The translations under genes and the position numbers were made by a program. Shown one piece after another: positions 56,421-64,000 of a stretch of 64,000 nucleotides of DNA (position 1 is the first letter of the stretch; the number at the start of each line of letters is the position of its first letter). The stretch is from Octopus vulgaris (Eukaryota). The stretch lies in the NCBI GenBank assembly GCA_951406725.2, contig OX597828.1, positions 52,948,001-53,012,000 on the forward strand, in the 5' to 3' direction. Under the pieces are notes generated by a model. That model saw nothing but the letters and a program-made list of their open reading frames with translations, was not told the origin of the DNA and ran no database searches.

Positions 56421-56815
56421 GACACACAGACTTGTGTATGTGTGTGTGTTCGTATGTGTGTACACATGAAAAAAAATCTTACGAAACTCGTTTTAAAAAC
56501 GACTGCACATCGTGGAGTGACACCACGCCACTATACTATCATATGTGGAATATATATATATATATATGTATTATAGATATGAATGTGCGTATATATGTAT
56601 ATATATACACATAAATATACACATAAATATACATATATATACATGCATATATACGCACATTCATATCTATAAGATATAAATATCTATATATACACATACA
56701 GATTTATAATATACTACCATATGTGGTATATACATACATACATACATGTATATATATATACACATACAGATCTATAATATGCTACCATATGTGGTATATA
56801 CATACATACATGTAA

Positions 56816-56865
<50 letters not shown>

Positions 56866-57224
56866 GTGTGTGTGTGTGTGTGTGTGTATACATATTAGAG
56901 GTAAACCACTATATGGACACCCTTATGCTAGAAATAGATCCGCTATGGTCATACCACTAAGAAATGTTCTCAAGGAAAATTTTGCAAAACAACCAAAACG
57001 TAATGCAAGACAAAAGAAAAGCAGTAAAATTCTGGATTATTCACATACATGTTTCGCTATCGACATATTACGTAATTTTAAGGGTGTCCACATAGTGGTT
57101 TCCCTCTAATATGTATATGATACAATTTTAGTGAACCTTCTGTTTTTTTATATGCTAGACCACTGGTGTGAAATCGATGTTAATTATATTGATATCTAAT
57201 TTCTCACCCTCATTTTAAATTTAT

Positions 57225-57227
57225 GCG

Positions 57228-57262
<35 letters not shown>

Positions 57263-57855
57263 GTATGTATATGTATGTATATATATATATATATGTATAT
57301 GTATGTATATATATATATATATGTATATGTATGTATATATATATATATATATATGTATATGTATGTATATACATGTATATATATATATGTATATGTATGT
57401 ATATACATGTATATATATATATGTATATGTATGTATATACATGTATATATATATGTATATGTATGTATATACATGTATATATATATGCATATGTATGTAT
57501 ATACATGTATATATATATGTATATGTATGTATATACATGTATATATATATGTATATGTATGTATATACATGTGTATATGTATGTATATACATGTATATAT
57601 ATATGTATATGTATGTATATACATGTATATATATATGTATATGTATGTATATACATGTATATATGTATGTATATGTATGTATATACATGTATATATATAT
57701 GTATATGTATGTATATACATGTATGTATATACATGTATGTATATATGTATATGTATGTATATACATGTATGTATATATATATGTATGTATGTATATATGT
57801 ATATGTATGTATGTATATATAAATGCGTGTGTATATATATATATATATATGTATG
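57225..57855. repeat. TA-derived minisatellite, ~28-30 bp unit (AT)nGTATATGTATGTATATACATGT
   Basis: Direct reading. Confidence 0.9.
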
Positions 57856-57862
57856 TTTGTAT

Positions 57863-57893
<31 letters not shown>

Positions 57894-57910
57894 TGTATCT
57901 CTGTATATAA

Positions 57911-58894
57911 GTGGAGTGCCTGTGTTGTAAAAACCTTGCTTTCCAACCACATGGCTCGGGTTCAATCCCACTGCGTGGCACCTTGGGTAAGTGTATTCTA
58001 CTAAGCCTTTGGAGTGGATTTGGTAGACGGAAACTATATATAGATATCTATGTTTGTGTTTGCCTGTGCATGTGTGTGTGGATATATTTGATAACCGACG
58101 CTGGTGTGCGTGTGAAACCCTAACATTAGCGGTTCGGCAAAAGAGGCCGAAAGAATAAGTACTAGGGTTGCATAGAATAAGTCCAGGGGTCGGTTTATTC
58201 GAGTAAAAGGCGGTGCTCCATCGTGGTCGCAGTCAAATTGCTGAAACAAGTAAACGAAAAACGAAAAAGGATGTATGTATATATATATATATATGCGTGT
58301 GTGTGTGTATGTATGCATATATGTGTACATATATTTTTTTGGCATTTGTTTCACTCATTTGACTGCGGCCATGCAGGAGCACTGCCCTTAGTCGAAAGAA
58401 ATCGACCCCGGGACTTATTCTTTGTAAGCCTAGTACTTATTTTATCGGTTATTTTACCGAAACGCTAAGTTACGGGGACGTAAACAAACACAGACATACA
58501 AGCATATATATATATGAGAAGGTTTTTATAATAGCAGACAAAACCTATTGTGTCTGGTATCATATGTGTGTTATTACTGTTGTTGCTTTATAACCCTGAG
58601 TCAGTCCTGATCGAAAAGAGCAATGATTAAAGGGCTGCCAGTCATGAAACTTTCGCCTCTTTTCTGACAGTTTTGAGACCTTCATTTCGCATTATATACT
58701 CTTCTTACTTGTATCGGTCACTTGAATGCTGCCTTGCTGGAGCACCGCCTTTAGTCGAGCAAATCGACCCCAGGACTTATTCTTTGGAATCCTAGTACTT
58801 ATTCTATCTGTCTCTCTTTTGCCGAACCGCTAGATTACGGGGACGTAAACACACCACCATCGGTTGTCAAGCGATGTTGGGGAGACAAACACAG

Positions 58895-58953
<59 letters not shown>

Positions 58954-59779
58954 TATACGTAATCCACTCGCAAAGCTTTGGTCGTCCCGAGGCTATATAG
59001 TAGAAGACACTTGCCCAAGGTGCAGCGCAGTGGGACTGAACCCGGAACCACGTTGTTGGTAAGCAAGCTGCTTACCACACAGCCACGCCTGCGCCTATGC
59101 CACTCTTGCGCCTATGTAGTTCTTTCTTCTATCCACCCCACCCCCCTTTTCCTTCTTGTCATTATTCTTAAGTGACTTAAAGGATGATTTAATGGAAATT
59201 TGACTGCTCTTTCTAACATGTCACGCAATCACGTATAAGGATATTGTGTATTGAATATCATTTCATTCACTGGGAACAGTTTACGCGACAAAATCAATTT
59301 TTAAAACTGCTGTTTATTCAGTTAAGAGAAAGCCTCGACTTTACCTATTTTGATATTGTAAATAATAGATTACAGGTATATATATGAAAAAATCGAACAA
59401 TGAAAATATATAATAATAATAATAATAACAATAATAATAATAATAATGATGATAATAATAATAATAATAATAATAAAAATGATGATGATGATAATAATAA
59501 TGATGATAACAATAATAATAATAATAATGATAATAATAATAATAACAGCAACAACTCTTTCACTCTTTCACTTGTTTCAGTCGTTTGACTGCGGCCATGC
59601 TGGAGCACCGCCTTTAGTCGAGCAAAACCGATCCCATGACTTATTCTTTGTAAGCCTAGTACTTAGTCTATCGGTCTCTCTTTTGCCGAACCGCTAAGTT
59701 ACGGTGACTTAAGCACACCACCATCGGTTGTCAAGCGATGCTGGGGGAAACAAACACAGATACGTAAACACACACACAC

Positions 59780-59827
<48 letters not shown>

Positions 59828-60700
59828 GACGGGCTTCTCTCAGTTTCTGTCTACCAAATCACTCACAAGGCTTTGGTCGGCCCGAGGCTATAGTAGAAGA
59901 CATTTGCCCAAGGTGCCACGCAGTGGGAAGTGAACCTGGAACCCTCAACAACACTGTTTATTATTTATTTACCAAAAATGTAAGCAAAAAGTACCAGGTC
60001 GGAATAAATATGTTGAAATTGCGGGTAGAGTTAAACGGAATTTCAAAAGGAACTAGGAAGTAACACACTGGAATATTATAGATAAAAATATATCTATAAT
60101 ATTTACACATATACAGATGGATGGGTGCATGGACTAAAAATTCTTTTGAATATTACAAGGCTACCTGTGGGTGAAATAATAATATAAACATAGTTGTACG
60201 CTTGAGTGTGTGAGTATATGTAGTAAGAGAAGAGAAGAGATTTCATAATCAGAAACACAGTTATAATTAATCAATTAACTAAAGGGCTCAATACAGGGTT
60301 ATATCTTGATATCCTTTCTGCTAATTATAATGTGAGTCATTTTGAAGCTAGACTAATTTTCTCCAAACTCACTGAAGAGAGTATTTTTTTTTCAGTTGAA
60401 AGTTAGGGCTTCTATAGGCGTTCCATATGGGCAAATAATCGAGCAAATTTGAAATCACTATTAGTAAAATTATTCACTGTATGAATCACAAACACGAATT
60501 CATATGGATGCATATACACACATATACACACACATACGTAGGAGTGGCTGTATGGTAAGTAGCTTGCTTACCAACCACATGGTTCCTGGTTCAGTCTCAC
60601 TGCGTGGCACCTTGGTCAAGTGTCTTCTACTATAGCCTCGGTCTGACCAAAGCCTTGTGAGTGGATTTGGTAGACGGAAACTGAAAAGAAGCCTGTCGTA

Positions 60701-60740
<40 letters not shown>

Positions 60741-60953
60741 GTGTTTGTGTGTCTGTATTTGTCCCCCCAACATCGCTTGACAACCGATGCCGGTGTGTTT
60801 ACGTCCCAGTAACTTAGAGGTTCGGGAAAAGAGACCGATAGAATAAGTACTAGGCTTACAAAGAATAAGGCCCGGGGTCGATTTGCTCGACTAAAGGTGA
60901 TGCTCCAGCATGGCCACAGCCAAATGACTGACACAAATAAAAGAGTCAAAGAG

Positions 60954-60993
<40 letters not shown>

Positions 60994-61637
60994 TCGTGTA
61001 TATAGACCCAAAACAATTTTTGGTACGCAATTGAAACTATAAATGCATCTAAAACAGTAGCATTTTCGTAAATACTAGTCATAAAGTTCGAACGACCACA
61101 AATTAATGCCAGAGGAAGGTGTGCCAATATTAAGCAACACAAACGTATAATACTTATATATGTACATATATATATAAACACCTATATACGTTTATATACA
61201 TTTATTTATTTGTATATATGTATATATATGCAGATATAGATATGTATATATGTATATATTTTCTTTTATTTCTTTGTCATTAAACTGCGGCCGTGCTGGA
61301 GCGCCGCCTTAAGTCGAACAAATCGATACCAGAAATTATTCTTTGTAAGCCTAGCACTCATTCAAACGGATCTCTTTTTGCTGACCCGCTAAGTTACGGG
61401 AACGTAAACACACCAACATCGGTTGTCAAGCGACGGTGTGGGGAAAAAGAAACAGACAAGCACATACATACATACATACATATATAAGAAGGGTTTTCAG
61501 ATTCCGTCTACCAAATTCATTCACAAGGATTTTGTCGGCCCGAGGCTTTAGTAGAAGACACTTGCCCAAGGGACCACCAACATCAGTCGCCAAGCGATGG
61601 TAGGAGGGACACACAAAGTCACACAAAAATACACAAT

Positions 61638-61686
<49 letters not shown>

Positions 61687-61830
61687 GTAGATATCACGGA
61701 CTTCTTTTAGTTTCCGTCTACCAAATCCACACAAAAGGTTTTGGTCCGCCCCAGGCTATCATAGAAGACAATTCTCCAAGGTGCCACGCGGCGGGCAAGC
61801 AAGCTATATAATACATAGCCATGCCTGCAC
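57911..61830. mobile_element. Cluster of family B SINEs: 57911-58265 +, 58345-58500 -, 58705-59096 -, 59555-59943 -, 60538-60953 +, 61260-61830 - (partly duplicated)
   Basis: Family B sequence in both orientations. Confidence 0.88.
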
Positions 61831-61986
61831 CTGCATATATATGTATAACTGAGATATATATGTGTGTGCGTGTGCGTGTGTGTGTGTGCGAATGTGCATA
61901 AAATATGCATTTCTATATATGTATATATATCTATATGTATACATAAATAAGTATAGCTATATATATATACATACGTATAATGATAG

Positions 61987-62054
<68 letters not shown>

Positions 62055-62630
62055 TCTGTATATATATATACCTATACATATATATATATATACATATATT
62101 ATTATAGTTGTATATATATATATATATATATACACATCTACATATAGATATGTACAGCTCTCTCTATATTTACATATATATAAATTTACATATATATATA
62201 TCATCATCATTTACAAATATATATATATACAAATATATATACATTTGTATATATATATATTTGTGCGTATTTGCCCTTAATACATATAAATACATTTAAA
62301 GGGTATAATTAATAAAACTTTTCCCTTATGAGGTTTTTTACACTAACTACTTAATAAAAATTTATAAAGATTTTATCCTATTATTTAAATCGTATATTTG
62401 TATACATACAAGCACACCAACACACACACACACACAAACACATATAAATATATATATACTTGTACATATATATATATGTATATATATAGATGTCAACATA
62501 TATGAATACAAATATTTATGTATACATATGTATATATATTTATGTATATATATGGAAATATTTATATATATATTTGCGTATATATGTATATATATATATT
62601 TGTGTATATATATATATATATAGATAGATA

Positions 62631-62661
<31 letters not shown>

Positions 62662-62718
62662 TTGTATATATTTATTTGTACATATACATATATTTGTGTA
62701 TATATATATATATATACA

Positions 62719-62766
<48 letters not shown>

Positions 62767-62832
62767 TTGAATATATATATATTTTTATAAATATATATTT
62801 GTATATATATGTATATATATTTCTATAGCTAT

Positions 62833-62904
<72 letters not shown>

Positions 62905-63054
62905 CATATATGTATAGCTGTATATATGTATATAAATATGCATGCATATATGGCGTTATATATCTCTTTATATACTTGTATATATATACATATATATATA
63001 TATTTAGTTACATAGATAGGTAGATGTATGTATGTTTGTATAAATATATAACTA

Positions 63055-63107
<53 letters not shown>

Positions 63108-64000
63108 GTTTATGTATGTATATATATATTGCAGTTATGAATATGTAAGTACATTTCTGGGTGTATAGATAGATAGATAGATGGTTCATGTTTCTGTAAT
63201 CTCGCCCATTCTGGAATGACAAGTTCACTTTCTCATGGAATACTACAACAGTCATTTGACTTCTGTCTATTTCATAGACAAGCACTTGTTTGACGCATCG
63301 CTAAGTTATTAGAATATCAATGTAAAACACATTCACACTTAGTGCTAAAATCGCATACTCAAACATACATACACCCTATGTACATAAGTATACGTTCGGC
63401 TACAGCTTAGGTGAAGTGGTCAAGGTAATATTTGTAACATACTTGTGAAATTTTGTTTTAATTAAATCAATCACGTGTTATTAATAAGTGTGTATATAAC
63501 AGAGAGAAAAAGAGAGAGAGAGAGAGAGAGTGAAAGAATTTATACATATATCTACGTATATACATATATAGATGCCTATATACTAATACATACATTCAAC
63601 CATATATACACACGTATGTATGTCTATATATGGCTCTGTAATTGTATAATATATATCAATATATTTATATATATCAATATAGCTGATCAACATCTGTGTG
63701 TGTCTGTGTATATATATTTACATGTATATATATATATACATATATATATGTGCATATATACATATATATGTACATATATATATATATATGTATATATCTG
63801 TATATATATATACTTATATATAAGTATATATATGTATAAATATTTTTTATATATGTATATATATATGTATATATATATATATGTATATATATATGTATGT
63901 ATATTTATATATGTATATATATATATATATATGTATATATATGTACATACGAATATATATATATGTATATATATACATAGGATTGTATATATATGAATAC

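Overview
Eukaryotic, very AT-rich window dominated by microsatellites. The SINE repertoire and simple-repeat load point to a coleoid cephalopod, most likely Octopus; this is an inference from remembered families, not a database result. Nearly all ORF-track entries are translations of (TA)n/(CA)n/(TATC)n/(AAT)n repeats. Supported content: two decayed CR1-type LINE RT fragments, a decayed Tc1 transposase, five MITEs, dozens of copies of two modular tRNA-derived SINE families plus one copy of a third, and a few candidate exons of an unidentified minus-strand gene (55995-56048, 48963-49031, possibly 28412-28863). The most notable signal is a set of short non-coding inserts, mostly in or beside (TA)n tracts, many with fold-back ends, of which at least nine carry type I hammerhead-ribozyme motifs (best at 24345-24397 and 46218-46302, minus strand), including non-canonical core variants. 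They look like Penelope-like element or retrozyme-type remnants; activity is untested. Repeat boundaries were read by eye and are approximate.
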